Part shown: piece by piece, positions 47,681-58,484 of the stretch
How the letters are laid out: each line of letters opens with the position of its first letter
Numbering within the stretch: the stretch's first letter is position 1
Origin: Aestuariivirga sp.
GTDB lineage: Bacteria; Pseudomonadota; Alphaproteobacteria; Rhizobiales; Aestuariivirgaceae
Assembly: GCF_020252395.1 (NCBI RefSeq)
Contig: NZ_JADCDB010000017.1
Span: forward strand, 5,710-69,709
Length of the DNA: 64,000 nucleotides
Direction: 5' to 3'
Position numbers and translations under genes: made by a program
Notes under the pieces: model-generated
What the model was told of the DNA's origin: nothing
Seen by the model: only the letters and a program-made list of their open reading frames with translations
Databases searched by the model: none

Positions 47681-49369
47681 CTAAATCGGATCCTTCGTGA
47701 ACAGCTGGTTCTGGATCACCGCCTCGGCGGGCCGCACCATTGGGTCTTCAGCGCCGCGGCAGCTGGCGTCGAGATAGTTGAGATAGGTCTCGTTCACCGG
47801 CTGGCCGATCCAGTCCAGCACCAAAGGCGACAGGCAGTAGAGCGGGCGGCCGTGAATCGCCTCCGCCAGCTCCTGCGGCTTCTCCGCGTTGCTGGCGATC
47901 AGCACCGGGACCTGGTGGAGGCGCGGGTCCTGCTCGGACACCATGCCGTTATGGAACTGATGCATGCGCAGCCCCGGCAGGTGATCGCCGAACAGGACGA
48001 GCGCATAGGGGCGGCCCTTCGCATCGAGCGCCTTCTTGAAGGCGGCGAGCGACCGGGCAGCGCCATCGAGACGCGTGCGATAATCGTGGACGCCTTCATG
48101 GCCCCTGGGGTCGGCGCCGTCCGCTTCATAGGGGCCGTGGGTCTGCACGGTGACGATGAAATGGAACCCGGGGCGATTGCCGCCGATGCGCGCGAGCACG
48201 CTGCGGTACAGGCCCTCGTCCGTTGGCCAGTCATTGGGCTGGATGGTCAGCGTCATCTGGTCCATCGACACAAAGTCATCGAAGCCGAGCTTGGGGTATA
48301 TCTGGTCCCTGAGCCAGAAGCGGCGGGTGAAATTGTGATAAGCGGTGGTGGCGTAGCCCTTCTCGACCAAGATGCGGGGCAGGCTGCGGGCACTGGCGGT
48401 GAAGTACTGCACATAATGCTGGTAGGGGATGATGCCGTCCTGGAAGGTCTTGATCGGAATGCCGGTCAGCACTTCGAATTCGGAATTGGGCGTCGTGCCG
48501 CCATAGACGGGAGAGACGGCCATCGATTCGGTGAAGCCCGCGTCCTTCAGCTGGTTCAGCGGCGATAAGGCGTCATCGGGGTCATGCCACCACGCTTCGC
48601 CAAGGATGATGTAGACATCGGGGGCCGGCGTGCTCGCGGCAGCAGCCGCCGGCGGCTTCGGCGCCGCAAGCGCGTCCATTGCCTGCTTCACCTCGGCCTG
48701 CGTATAGGTCTTGAGGCGAAGGCCCGCCATGGAAAAATAGAGATGCGTGCCGAGCCCGTTCATCCGCTCGCTCTCGGCCTGGCTGAAGGTGAGGTTCTCC
48801 ACGCCCACCCAGTAGGAATTATCGTGGATCCAGTTGGCCACGGCCTCGATGCGGTAGGTCGAGAGAAGGCCGGCGAAGCACAGCGCCAGCGGCAGGCTCC
48901 ACCAGCGGAGGCGCAGGTTGCGGAGATACCAGATGCCGGCCGGAATGATCAGTGCGCCGAGAAACCAATGATACCAATGCACGTAATGCAAGAGATGCAC
49001 CGACTGGCCGGCGAGGAAGAGATCGCTGATCTGGAACGGCTCGCCGGTCGAATCCTTCTTGATCTGCGACAGCGTGCCGACGAAGAGGAGGCCCGCCCCC
49101 AGCATGGCCCCCGCCGGCAGCAGCCGGGCAAGAGCGGCGAAGAAACCCAGCATGACCATGGGAACGATCATGCGCGGGAACCAGAAGTGCCACAGGCTGC
49201 GGCCGTGCAGATAGCCGGGGGACCACCAGCCGAGATAGGCCTGGATCGCAAGCAGCACCAGGTATACGGCGAACAGCCGCAGGGCCAGTGGGCCCGCAAT
49301 GGTCATCCAGTTCGGCAAGACCCAGCCACGGTCCGGCACGGGCCGGGCACTCGCCTCAGCGATCGTCAA
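47681..49369 (-). CDS. membrane-anchored sulfatase-fold / LTA-synthase-family (phosphoglycerol-transferase-like) protein
   Basis: An N-terminal block of about 5 TM segments precedes a periplasmic alkaline-phosphatase-superfamily domain: VYIILGEAWW, VSPVYGGTTPNSEFEVLTG, TVQTHGPY. Confidence 0.7.
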   Translation of the reverse strand: MTIAEASARPVPDRGWVLPNWMTIAGPLALRLFAVYLVLLAIQAYLGWWSPGYLHGRSLWHFWFPRMIVPMVMLGFFAALARLLPAGAMLGAGLLFVGTLSQIKKDSTGEPFQISDLFLAGQSVHLLHYVHWYHWFLGALIIPAGIWYLRNLRLRWWSLPLALCFAGLLSTYRIEAVANWIHDNSYWVGVENLTFSQAESERMNGLGTHLYFSMAGLRLKTYTQAEVKQAMDALAAPKPPAAAAASTPAPDVYIILGEAWWHDPDDALSPLNQLKDAGFTESMAVSPVYGGTTPNSEFEVLTGIPIKTFQDGIIPYQHYVQYFTASARSLPRILVEKGYATTAYHNFTRRFWLRDQIYPKLGFDDFVSMDQMTLTIQPNDWPTDEGLYRSVLARIGGNRPGFHFIVTVQTHGPYEADGADPRGHEGVHDYRTRLDGAARSLAAFKKALDAKGRPYALVLFGDHLPGLRMHQFHNGMVSEQDPRLHQVPVLIASNAEKPQELAEAIHGRPLYCLSPLVLDWIGQPVNETYLNYLDASCRGAEDPMVRPAEAVIQNQLFTKDPI

Positions 49370-49522
49370 TTGGTCGTCCTCCCGGCGGGCAGCCTACCCA
49401 ACCGACAAATTCATGACAACCGTATGAAGATCAATGCATGGCAGTATCAAGGCAGTGTGCTGCCGCAAATAGGAATGGCCGCCCCATGGGTGGCCACGAG
49501 GACATGAGGACAGCCGGACCGG

Positions 49523-49843
49523 TCAGATCGACTGTTCGATCCAGCTCTGGAGCTGGTTCTTCGGCGCCGCGCCCACTTTGGTGGCCGCCACCTGGCCGCC
49601 CTTGAACACCATCAGCGTGGGGATGCCGCGCACCCCGTACCGGGAGGGCACCGAGGGGTTCTCGTCGATGTTGATCTTCACGATCTTGGCTTTGGGGCCA
49701 AGGCTCTGGGCGATTTCCTCCAGCGCCGGGGCGATCATCTTGCAGGGGCCGCACCACTCCGCCCAGAAATCGACGACGACGGGCGTGCCGGACTGCAGGA
49801 CGTCCTTTTCGAAGGACGCGTCGGAGACCTTGTGGGTGGCCAT
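49523..49843 (-). CDS. trxA: thioredoxin
   Basis: 106 aa with the [13 protein letters not shown] active site. Confidence 0.95.
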   Translation of the reverse strand: MATHKVSDASFEKDVLQSGTPVVVDFWAEWCGPCKMIAPALEEIAQSLGPKAKIVKINIDENPSVPSRYGVRGIPTLMVFKGGQVAATKVGAAPKNQLQSWIEQSI

Positions 49844-49916
49844 GGGAACCTCTTTCGGGCTGTGGCGGGGATTCGCCGTTGCGGACGACGGAAGGTAGGA
49901 GCCCCCCTGCCGGGGG

Positions 49917-52900
49917 TCAAGGCCGGGCGGCCCGCAGGGCGGCCATGCGGTCCAGAAGCGCGTCCGGCACCATGATCAGCTTCGGCGCCTCGGTGTAGAG
50001 GAGGCAGAAGCGCAGCGGCAGCCCGGGGGCCGTGCGCCGCAGCGCGTCACGGTAAGTGGCGAGTTGGGTAAGATAATCTGGGTTGCAGTCGGACGCCTGC
50101 TCCGGCACAGCGCGGTCCGTTTTGTAATCGGCGATGAGGATCCCCTCACCCGTCATCACCAGCCGGTCGATGCGGCGGCGCTCCCGGCTGCCATCTACCC
50201 GCTGGGCGATGATCGAGGCCTCCGAGTGGCCGTCGGCCGACAGGAGTTCGGCCACCACCGGCTCGGCGATGAGTGCCTTGAGCTGCGCGGCAAGCGCCCC
50301 GTCATGCCCGGCGCGGCGCACCGCGAAGTCGATGTGGCCGGCACGCCCGGCCTCGGGCAGATCGGCCAGGTTCTGGAGGATGCGGTGAATGAGGATGCCG
50401 CGCGCCACCCGCGCCTCCGCCCGCTTGCGCATGGCCGGCGCCGCCGCCACCGGCACGGCCTCCGCCTGCCGTGCGATCCAGCCGGGCAAGGCGAGGGCTT
50501 CCATGGGCGCCGCCGCTGGCGGCTCCGCCATGACAGGGTCCGCGCCGAGGCGCCAGCCTTCGCCAGCATCGAGCGGGGTCATCTTCGGCGTCAGCGCGGC
50601 GGAGATGGTGTTGTACCAGCAGTTCTCCGAGGGCTCCTGCACGCCGCGATAGCCGCAGACATAGAGCGCGTCGCAAGCCCTGGTCATGGCGACATAGAGC
50701 AAGCGCCGGTACTCCGCCGTGGCCACATCCTTCTGGGCCGCCTTCAGCGCCTTCACCGCCTTGGAGGCGCCGAGCCCGGGCACCACCCAGAGCGGCACGC
50801 GGGCATGGGGATCGCCGCCTTCCAGCATCAGCAGCGATTCGCCGCCGCGCGGCTGCTCGTCGCTGGTGGTGTCCGGCAGGATGACGATGGGCGCTTCGAG
50901 GCCTTTGGCGCCATGCACCGTCATCACCCGCACTTCGCCTGCCCACTGCTCCATGTTGCGCTTGATCTCGATCTCACCGGCCTCAAACCAGTTGACGAAG
51001 CCGCTCAGCGAGGCGCCATGCGCCTCCTCGTAGTCCAGAGCGCGGTCGAGGAACGCGTCAATGGCATCATTCGCCTCGCTGCCGAGCCGCGATACGATTC
51101 TGAGCCGGGCCTTGCCGAGGATGGCGGAAAAGAACTCGAAGGGCCGGACGGAAGGCGCCGCGTCAATCAGTGGACGGAGGAACGCGGCGGCGGCGCGGCA
51201 GGCTTCGGTGTCCTGCGCGGCGAGGCTGTGCCAGAGCGAGAGCGCGTTGCGCCCGGCAGCGGCCGCAATCAGCTCGTCCTCCGTCAGCGCGCGCTCCAGC
51301 AGCGGGCTCTTGAGCAGGCAGGCCAGCGCATGATCGTCCTCCGGCATGATGGCGAATTGCGCCAGCGCCACGAGATCCAGCACCGCGATGTTGTCGCCCA
51401 GCTTCAGCCGGTCGGCGCCGGCCACCGGCACCTGCTCGTTCCACAAGGCGCGGATCATCGCATCGAAGAAGCTGTTGCGCTGCCTGACCAGAATCAGGAT
51501 GTCGCCCGCCTGCACCGTGCGATTGCGGCCCGGCAACATGCGGGCGCCGATCCAGCCCCGGATGGTTTTTGCCAGCTTCCGCGCCAGGAGGCGGCGCGGC
51601 GACTGCGCGGGCTCGCGATCGACCGGCGCCTGCCACGGCTCGGGGTCTTCCTTCTCGACCGGTTCGACCAGCGGCCAGAGCTCGACGGTGCCGGACGCAT
51701 TGCGGCGGTTGGGCACATGCTCCCATTCGCGCGGCGATTCGCCATCGAGCCCGGTGCGCGCGGCGGAGCCCGGCGGGAACACGCCATCGACGGCCTGCAG
51801 GATCTCGCCCAGCGAGCGGAAGGAGACGCTGAAATCCACCTCGCGGAACTCCTGCCCCACGCCCTCGACCTGCGACTTCACCCTCGCGAGCACCTGCTCG
51901 AAGACATTGGGATCGGCTCCCTGGAAGGAATAGATCGACTGCTTCCTGTCGCCCACCACGAAGAGGGTGCGTGTCTTCCGGCCGTGGCGGCCCTCGCCCG
52001 CGAAGAACTCGCCCGTCAGCGCCTGCACGATCTGCCACTGCATCGGGCTCGTGTCCTGCGCCTCGTCGACGAGCAGATGCTCGATGCCGCCATCAAGCTT
52101 GAACAGGACCCAGGCGGCATCCGGCCTTTCCTGCAGCAATTCGCCGGTCTTGATGATGAGGTCGTCGAAGTCATAGGCGCCGCGCGCGCGCTTCGCCGCT
52201 TCGAAGCGCCGGGTGATGGCGCTGCCGAGCCGCAAGAGCGACAGCGAGGCGCCGAGGCAGTCGAGATCGCCCATCTTGCCCAGCGCGTCGAGAAGGCGCC
52301 CCTGATCGGCCTTCACAAAGTCTTCGATCCAATTGTGCCTTGCCAGCGTGGGCTTGTTGGCGACGGCCTTGCGCGGCTCGTTCTCACCCGTGAGGAGAAT
52401 GGCCTGCAGGCCGATAAGCGTCGGATCCTTCGCGGTGCAGGCGGCACGAATCTGCGCGGCGCGCTTCTTCTCGGAATCGCTGCCGCCAGCCAGCGCATCG
52501 GCGAGGTCACGATAGCGGGCCACGTCGCAGGCGAGACCGGAGACGATGCTCTCCTGCGTGACACCCTGCTGCAGCGACAGATGGAACCGCAGCAGGGCCT
52601 CCGCGCGCTCCAGCCCATGCTCCTCGTCGAAGAGCGCGCGCAGGCTGGCGCGCCTGGCGAGGAGGCCGGTGAGCAGCTTGTCGAAGTCATCGGCATTCAC
52701 CCGGTTCGCCACGTCGCGAAGCGCCGCGCCGGTCTCCGCCGTCTCGTCCCCGGCGGAAGACAGCACGGCGTTGCGGGCCTCCTGCAGCAGCGACAGCTGC
52801 TCGCGGCCGTCCAGCATGGCAAAGTGCGGCACGATGCCGGCCTCGACGGGGAAGAGCTGCAGCACGCGTTCGCAGAAGGCGTGGATGGTCTGGATCTTGA

Positions 52901-53252
52901 GCCCGCCCGGCGTTTCGAGCGCGCGGGTGAAGAGCTGGCGGGCGCGCTCCAGCAGCGCAGGATCGGCTTCGGGCGCGCCGAGCGTGCCCAGCACCTTGCG
53001 CAGGGCATCGTCATCCAGCGCGATCCACTTGCTCAGGCGGTCGAAGAGGCGGTTGGCCATTTCGGCGGCGGCCGCCTTGGTAAAGGTGAGGCACATGATG
53101 CGCGACGGCTCGGTGCCGCCCAGCATGAGGCGCACCACGCGATCGACCAGCACATGGGTCTTGCCCGCCCCCGCATTGGCATTGACCCAGACGGTGGCCG
53201 CGGGATCGGAGGCCTTGAGCTGGGCGAGGCTGGCGGCGGGATTGAGGCTCAT
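49917..53252 (-). CDS. addA: double-strand break repair helicase AddA (UvrD-like helicase plus C-terminal PD-(D/E)xK nuclease)
   Basis: ATG 53252 gives MSLNPAAS...[13 protein letters not shown] (Walker A). DEAQDTSP is present, and the C-terminal nuclease region reads [22 protein letters not shown] overlap with the addB stop. The 186 upstream codons of the ORF track lie inside addB and are rejected. Confidence 0.9.
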   Translation of the reverse strand: MSLNPAASLAQLKASDPAATVWVNANAGAGKTHVLVDRVVRLMLGGTEPSRIMCLTFTKAAAAEMANRLFDRLSKWIALDDDALRKVLGTLGAPEADPALLERARQLFTRALETPGGLKIQTIHAFCERVLQLFPVEAGIVPHFAMLDGREQLSLLQEARNAVLSSAGDETAETGAALRDVANRVNADDFDKLLTGLLARRASLRALFDEEHGLERAEALLRFHLSLQQGVTQESIVSGLACDVARYRDLADALAGGSDSEKKRAAQIRAACTAKDPTLIGLQAILLTGENEPRKAVANKPTLARHNWIEDFVKADQGRLLDALGKMGDLDCLGASLSLLRLGSAITRRFEAAKRARGAYDFDDLIIKTGELLQERPDAAWVLFKLDGGIEHLLVDEAQDTSPMQWQIVQALTGEFFAGEGRHGRKTRTLFVVGDRKQSIYSFQGADPNVFEQVLARVKSQVEGVGQEFREVDFSVSFRSLGEILQAVDGVFPPGSAARTGLDGESPREWEHVPNRRNASGTVELWPLVEPVEKEDPEPWQAPVDREPAQSPRRLLARKLAKTIRGWIGARMLPGRNRTVQAGDILILVRQRNSFFDAMIRALWNEQVPVAGADRLKLGDNIAVLDLVALAQFAIMPEDDHALACLLKSPLLERALTEDELIAAAAGRNALSLWHSLAAQDTEACRAAAAFLRPLIDAAPSVRPFEFFSAILGKARLRIVSRLGSEANDAIDAFLDRALDYEEAHGASLSGFVNWFEAGEIEIKRNMEQWAGEVRVMTVHGAKGLEAPIVILPDTTSDEQPRGGESLLMLEGGDPHARVPLWVVPGLGASKAVKALKAAQKDVATAEYRRLLYVAMTRACDALYVCGYRGVQEPSENCWYNTISAALTPKMTPLDAGEGWRLGADPVMAEPPAAAPMEALALPGWIARQAEAVPVAAAPAMRKRAEARVARGILIHRILQNLADLPEAGRAGHIDFAVRRAGHDGALAAQLKALIAEPVVAELLSADGHSEASIIAQRVDGSRERRRIDRLVMTGEGILIADYKTDRAVPEQASDCNPDYLTQLATYRDALRRTAPGLPLRFCLLYTEAPKLIMVPDALLDRMAALRAARP

Positions 53253-56251
53253 GTGCCGCCCCCCGACAGAGTCCATTCCCGATAGCGCGAGAGGTGATCG
53301 TAATCGCCCGGATCCTCCTCCTTCTTCATGATGGTGCGCGGGTAATAGGGCTGCTCGACGCTGGCATAGTTCGCCAGCAGCTTCTGCAGTTCGGCGAAGT
53401 GCATCTCCGCCAGTTCCATGACCGGATGCGCCAGTTTGGGAAAGTCTTTGACTTCGCCTGCCGGGCTGCCGCCACTCAGATGCACGTACCAGAGCGCGTG
53501 CGTCTGTCTTGGGGCCACATCGGAGAAGCCGCCGCGCGCGAGGATGGCGGCCTGAAGTGTGAGCTGGGGGGCAAGACCGGTTTCCACCTGCTTTTTGGTC
53601 GGTACATCGCCCGTCTTGTAATCGACAATGCGGGCCGCGCCATCGGCCATCAGGTCGATGCGGTCGACGCGGGCTGAGAGCGTGAAATCCGCTCCCGCCA
53701 CGGGGAAGGTGACCGCACCATTGCGCTCCGCCACCACGCACTCCACGCCATCGCGCCATGCCGGTTCTTGCTCCGCCATCCACGCCGCGATGCGGCGGAA
53801 GCGCGGCCACCAGAAACTGACCACGCCGGGATAATCCGCGATCTGCTGGAAGTGGCGGCTGCCATCCTTCTCGAGTTCGCCCGCGGCATCGGCCGGCAGG
53901 TGTTTCGGGAAACGATTCAGGAAATCGCCGATCGCGGCATGGACGATGGTGCCGCGCCGCGCCAGGTCAGGCACGGAGGAAACGGGCTTCACGGGCTCCA
54001 CGTTGAGGATGAAGCGCGCGTAGATTGCGTAAGGATCGCGGATCAATTTCTCGATGCGGGTGACACTGAGCGCCTTGGGGCGCAGCGCCACTGGCGGCCG
54101 CGGCTTCGGCTTGGCGACGGGTGTGACGGCGGCCGGCTCCGACAGCTGGCGGGCATAGAGCGGCCAGTTGCTCGGGCGTCGTTCCAGCTTCGCCGTTTCG
54201 AGGATCATCAACAGCCGGTGCAGCCAGCGCGACGGCGTGCCCGGCGCATCGCCGATGCGGCGCGACCACAGGAGCTTGACCTCTGCGTTGCCGAAGGCCT
54301 GCGCGAAGTCATGCGCGGTCTGGCCGATCTGCGCCTCAGGCTGCTTCATCGCCAGCACGTCGCGCATCGGGCGGTTGAGCCAGGGGCCGCAATCCGTGGC
54401 GCCGGGCCATGTGCCCTCGTTGAGGCCTGCGAGCACCATCACATCCGCACGGATAAGGCGGGCTTCGAGCAGGCCGAGAATCGACAGCGGCGTGGGGTTG
54501 TGCTGCTGGTTGCGCACCGGGAGACCATGAAGCCAATGGCGCAGAATGGCGGCAGTTCGACGGAGGTCGCAGCGCCTGAGGAAGCGGGACTCGTCCCGCA
54601 GCAGGGCGAAGGCGCCGGTCAGCACATCGCCGCCCTCACCTGCCCAGAAGGCTTCGCCCGCCATCGCCTCGCAGGCCTTGGCCAGCCGGTCGAGATGTTC
54701 GGCGAGCGTGTGGGGCGGGTTGAGGGCGAGCGGGGCCAGAACATCCGATATCCGGCTGGCCTGCGCGATGGCCTGTTGCCACTGCTCGCCGGTGACGTGC
54801 TTCACCGCGAGCGGAAGCGCACGGCGATTGTCCGTCTCGGTGGCGATACGCAGCGCATGGGAGAGCTTGCCGATTTCAGGAGCGCCCGTGCCGGTGCGCA
54901 GCAGCGCGAGTTCGATCAGGCTGGCGAGGTGGCGCGCTTCGTCCGGCGGCAGGCCGAAGGTGGCGAGGCCGTGGCGCAGGAGTGCTGCCAGCGGTTCCGC
55001 CGCGAAGCCCTGCAGCAGGGCTTCGAGCAGCAGGTTGAGGAGTGCCGCGCCGCCGAAGCGGATCAGCGGTTCGCCACCTGAATCATCGATGGCGATGTTC
55101 CAGCGCCGGAGCTCTGCCTTGACGCGCCGGGCCAGCTGCCGGTCCGGCGTGACCAGGCAGGCGTTGCGGCCGGGTGTTTCGAGGCATTCGCGCAGGATCA
55201 GCGCCGCGGCGAGGGCCTGCTCGGGAACCGAGCGCGACTCGACCAGTTCCACGCCCTGCATGGCTTCGGCCACGCGCGCCTCCTGGCCTTTCAGCGCATC
55301 ATGCCAGAGATGCGAGGTCTCCGCCGGGCGCATCAGCTCGCTCGCCAGCCAAGCGCGGGGGCCGGGGGCGCCGCCCAGTTCCGCCACCAGACTGCGCGTG
55401 GCATCGAGGCGGGTCAGCAACTGCTTGATGGCATGCTGCGGATGGGTGGGGCCGACGGCGGTCCAGCTGGCTTCGTCCATGAACTGGTCGAGGCCGGGCA
55501 GCACCACCGCGCCATTGGGCAGGCCCGCGATGGCCTTGAGCAGCGTGCAGGTGGCGGGGATCGAGCCCGTGGAACCCGCCACGATGAAGGGGCGCCCGGT
55601 GCGGGTGAATTCCAGCCGCCGCGCCTCGCGCTTCAGGATGGCGGAGCGGCGGGCCTGCGGGCCCATGGCGTTTTCCTGCGCCAGGCGCTGGGGATATGTC
55701 TCGCGCGCGATCGCCAGGAATTCGAGGATCGCCTCACGGTGGCGCGCCGATTCGAGGCCATAAAGCTCGGCGATCCTGGTGACGTCCACGTCCTCGGTCT
55801 CGAGTGCGTCGAGGAGTTCAGCCAAGGACTGGGCGAGGCCACCGGCCTGGTGGGGCGCTGCGGCGATCTCCTGCGCGAGCCGTGTGGTGGGGTTGGCCGC
55901 CGCCCACTCGTCGATCAGGTCCATGAGCAGGAGGAGCTGGCCGGGCGCACTCACCGGCGTTCCCAGCTCCTCCACGCCATGTTCGGGCTGCAGCAGGTCC
56001 TCGTCGATGTCGCCGATGGGGCGGATGCGGGGGAGCAGCACGCCGGAGCCGCCGGTGAGGCGGAAGAAGATCTCCTCCAGCTCGCGCACCGCGCGGCGGG
56101 TGGGAAGCAGGATGGTCCAGCGCGCGAGGCCGAGTGTGCCGGGGACCGTTCCGTCCGTACACGGAAAGCCTTTCAGGACTTGCGCCGCGAGAACCTCGAG
56201 GAAGGGCTTGTCAGGCGCGATGGTGAAGAGGCGCGGGATATCTCCTGACAT
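53249..56251 (-). CDS. addB: double-strand break repair protein AddB (alphaproteobacterial type)
   Basis: 1000 aa. The C-terminal RecB-like nuclease motif is RVDRIDLMADGAARIVDYKTG. The conserved position is immediately upstream of addA. Confidence 0.88.
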   Translation of the reverse strand: MSGDIPRLFTIAPDKPFLEVLAAQVLKGFPCTDGTVPGTLGLARWTILLPTRRAVRELEEIFFRLTGGSGVLLPRIRPIGDIDEDLLQPEHGVEELGTPVSAPGQLLLLMDLIDEWAAANPTTRLAQEIAAAPHQAGGLAQSLAELLDALETEDVDVTRIAELYGLESARHREAILEFLAIARETYPQRLAQENAMGPQARRSAILKREARRLEFTRTGRPFIVAGSTGSIPATCTLLKAIAGLPNGAVVLPGLDQFMDEASWTAVGPTHPQHAIKQLLTRLDATRSLVAELGGAPGPRAWLASELMRPAETSHLWHDALKGQEARVAEAMQGVELVESRSVPEQALAAALILRECLETPGRNACLVTPDRQLARRVKAELRRWNIAIDDSGGEPLIRFGGAALLNLLLEALLQGFAAEPLAALLRHGLATFGLPPDEARHLASLIELALLRTGTGAPEIGKLSHALRIATETDNRRALPLAVKHVTGEQWQQAIAQASRISDVLAPLALNPPHTLAEHLDRLAKACEAMAGEAFWAGEGGDVLTGAFALLRDESRFLRRCDLRRTAAILRHWLHGLPVRNQQHNPTPLSILGLLEARLIRADVMVLAGLNEGTWPGATDCGPWLNRPMRDVLAMKQPEAQIGQTAHDFAQAFGNAEVKLLWSRRIGDAPGTPSRWLHRLLMILETAKLERRPSNWPLYARQLSEPAAVTPVAKPKPRPPVALRPKALSVTRIEKLIRDPYAIYARFILNVEPVKPVSSVPDLARRGTIVHAAIGDFLNRFPKHLPADAAGELEKDGSRHFQQIADYPGVVSFWWPRFRRIAAWMAEQEPAWRDGVECVVAERNGAVTFPVAGADFTLSARVDRIDLMADGAARIVDYKTGDVPTKKQVETGLAPQLTLQAAILARGGFSDVAPRQTHALWYVHLSGGSPAGEVKDFPKLAHPVMELAEMHFAELQKLLANYASVEQPYYPRTIMKKEEDPGDYDHLSRYREWTLSGGGT

Positions 56252-56257
56252 GGATCA

Positions 56258-56974
56258 TCATGCCTTCAGCGCCGCTTCGGCAAGGCCGATCGCCTCGGGG
56301 GTTCCCACATGCAGCCAGCGCCCGGTGTGGGCGATGCCGAAGAGGCGGCCCGCGGCAATCGCCCGGTCCCACAGCAGGTTCATCGAGAAGGCGCCCCGCG
56401 GGGCGCCGGAGAAGATGCGGGGCGAGACGAGATAGCTGCCGATATAGGCAAGCGGCGCTCCCGTGCTGTCGGCACGCCTTGCGAGCCGGCCATCCACCCC
56501 GCGCACGAAATCGCCCTTGCCGTCATAACCCACGGTGCGATCCAGCGGCGACAGGAGGAGGAGGCAATCCATCGTCTCATCGTCCCACGCGGCGCGCAGG
56601 CGATCAAGCGCGGGGGCGCCGTCATCCACCCAGAAGCTGTCGCTGTTGATGACGAAGAAGGGAGCCTCGCCCAGAAGGGGCAGGGCCCTGGCGACGCCGC
56701 CGCCGGTGTCGAGGATTTCCGCGCGCTCGTCCGAGATCACGATGCGGGGCGAGGATTGCCGCTTGGCCCAGGCTTCGATCTGGCCGGCCAAATAGTGCAC
56801 ATTCACCACCGCCGTCTCGACGCCCGCGGCGCGCAAGCGGTCGAAGCCATAGCCGATGAGCGGCTTGCCCGCGACTTCCACCAGCGGCTTGGGCCTGGCC
56901 AGCGTGAGCGGGCGCATGCGCTGGCCGAAGCCTGCGGCAAGCACCATGGCGCGGGAGCCGAGATCGCCCATCAT
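56258..56974 (-). CDS. nucleotidyltransferase family protein (MurU-like sugar-1-phosphate nucleotidylyltransferase)
   Basis: AMVLAAGFGQRMRPLTLARPKPLV is the G-rich NTP-transferase signature. ATGA overlap with the upstream kinase-fusion gene. Confidence 0.75.
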   Translation of the reverse strand: MMGDLGSRAMVLAAGFGQRMRPLTLARPKPLVEVAGKPLIGYGFDRLRAAGVETAVVNVHYLAGQIEAWAKRQSSPRIVISDERAEILDTGGGVARALPLLGEAPFFVINSDSFWVDDGAPALDRLRAAWDDETMDCLLLLSPLDRTVGYDGKGDFVRGVDGRLARRADSTGAPLAYIGSYLVSPRIFSGAPRGAFSMNLLWDRAIAAGRLFGIAHTGRWLHVGTPEAIGLAEAALKA

Positions 56975-58479
56975 AACGTCTCGCGGCGGGCCGCGGGGAG
57001 ATGGCTGTCGAACCACTGCTTCAGCTTCGACAGCCGCGGGTGCGCGAGGTTGCGCCCGAGATAGCGCGACACACGCGGGATGTGGCGGAGGTAGCCGTGC
57101 TTGCCGTCGCGCATGGACAATCTTGCGAAGATGCCGAGGATCTTGGTCGCCCGCTGCGCGCCGAGGATGGCATAGGCCACGTCGAATTCCGCGCGGTCGA
57201 AGTTGGGATCGTCCTTCCGCAGCGCGCAGTAGTGCGCGTAGAGATCATCAGCGAAAGCGAAGTCCACGTCCACACGCGCATCCTGCAGCATCGAGGCGAG
57301 GTCATAGGCGGGGTGGCCCATCAGCGCATCCTGCGTGTCAATGAGCCCCACGCGGGCGAGACCTTCGCGCTCCGGCATCCACAGCAGGTTGGGCGAGTGA
57401 TAGTCACGCAGCGCCCAGACGCGATGGCCCACTTGCGTAAGCGGCAGCAGCTCCATCCACAGCGCCTCGAATTCGGCGCGTGCCGCCGCCGGAATGCCGC
57501 TGCCGTTGAGATGCGGCCAGAACCACGATGGAAGGAGGTCGACCTCGATGAGCTGCGCCTCGACATCATAGGGCGGCACGCGATAGGTCTGGCCATCGAG
57601 CGGCACGTCCTTTGGCCAGTCGCGCCGCGCCATGTCGGCGAGCACGGCGACGGCGGCCTGCATGGGTTCGCGCATGTCCTCGCCCGCCCGCATCATGCCG
57701 CCATAGACGCGGCGGCCCAGGTCCTCCATCACCGCGAAGCCCTGTGCGAGGTCATAGGCTTCGGCTTTCGGTGCGCTGTAGCCGCGTTCGCACAGCACGC
57801 GGTTGATGGCGATCACCGCGCGGATATCCTCCGCCAGATGCGCGATGGCGCTGTAGGGCTTGCCGTATTTGACCGGTGGGCCATCGGGCCTGGCCGGCAT
57901 GTCCATCAGGATCGCGGCCTCGCCGGGCAGGTGCAGTGTCTCGTAACGGCGGAAGGACGCGTCGCCCTCGAGGAAGCGGCGTTCGGCCGCGGACCAGCGC
58001 GTGGTGGCGAGGAATGCATTGATCGCATCGTTGCGGGCAAGCGCCTGTTGCCACGCACCCGAGGCGGCGATCGCCGCGTCACGATGATTGCCGGAGCCGG
58101 AGAGTGCGATCAGCAGCCGGTCCTGATGCTTTGCGTCGAGCATCTTCTCCGGCCATTCGACGGCAAGCACGTGGGTCTTGATCAGCTCGTCGAAGCCCAG
58201 TTCGTCGAGCTCGTGGACGGAGCCGATGCGGTGGAGATCGGCATGGGCCAAGGGCACGCGCGTCTCGTTATAGGTCTGCACCAGCGTGAATGTGGGGCTC
58301 GGCACGTCGAACGCCGCGCCACCCGCCAGGGCGCGGATGAAGGCGCGGGCGAAGGTGGACTTGCCAGCGCCGATCTCACCCTGCAGCAGCAGCACCATGC
58401 CCGGCCGGGCGAAGAGCGAGAGCTCGGCGGCGAAGCCCTCCAGCGCGGCAGCAGACTCGAAGCGGCGGAAGACGTTCAT
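56971..58479 (-). CDS. tsaE: fusion of TsaE (t6A ATPase subunit) with an aminoglycoside-phosphotransferase-fold kinase (AmgK-like)
   Basis: The N-terminus has the TsaE P-loop region LLLQGEIGAGKSTFARAFIRAL...SPTFTLVQTY...HADLHRI. The C-terminal roughly 340 aa form an APH-like kinase (LRDYHSPNLLWMP...GLIDTQDA). Confidence 0.82.
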   Translation of the reverse strand: MNVFRRFESAAALEGFAAELSLFARPGMVLLLQGEIGAGKSTFARAFIRALAGGAAFDVPSPTFTLVQTYNETRVPLAHADLHRIGSVHELDELGFDELIKTHVLAVEWPEKMLDAKHQDRLLIALSGSGNHRDAAIAASGAWQQALARNDAINAFLATTRWSAAERRFLEGDASFRRYETLHLPGEAAILMDMPARPDGPPVKYGKPYSAIAHLAEDIRAVIAINRVLCERGYSAPKAEAYDLAQGFAVMEDLGRRVYGGMMRAGEDMREPMQAAVAVLADMARRDWPKDVPLDGQTYRVPPYDVEAQLIEVDLLPSWFWPHLNGSGIPAAARAEFEALWMELLPLTQVGHRVWALRDYHSPNLLWMPEREGLARVGLIDTQDALMGHPAYDLASMLQDARVDVDFAFADDLYAHYCALRKDDPNFDRAEFDVAYAILGAQRATKILGIFARLSMRDGKHGYLRHIPRVSRYLGRNLAHPRLSKLKQWFDSHLPAARRETL

Positions 58480-58484
58480 TCCGG

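Noticed and set aside
50064-53285. 1073-aa plus-strand ORF. Similar cases are 53768..55081, 54546..55763, 57001..59079, 58599..60734 and 60876..62372.
   Set aside because: These are antisense to addA, addB, the tsaE fusion, the PAS kinase and ahcY respectively. All show the R/A/G/H-rich pattern of high-GC antisense frames.
53253-53810. 186-codon N-terminal extension of addA (1297-aa ORF)
   Set aside because: It lies within the 3' end of addB in another frame. The conserved AddA N-terminus and Walker A follow ATG 53252, which overlaps the addB stop (ATGA).
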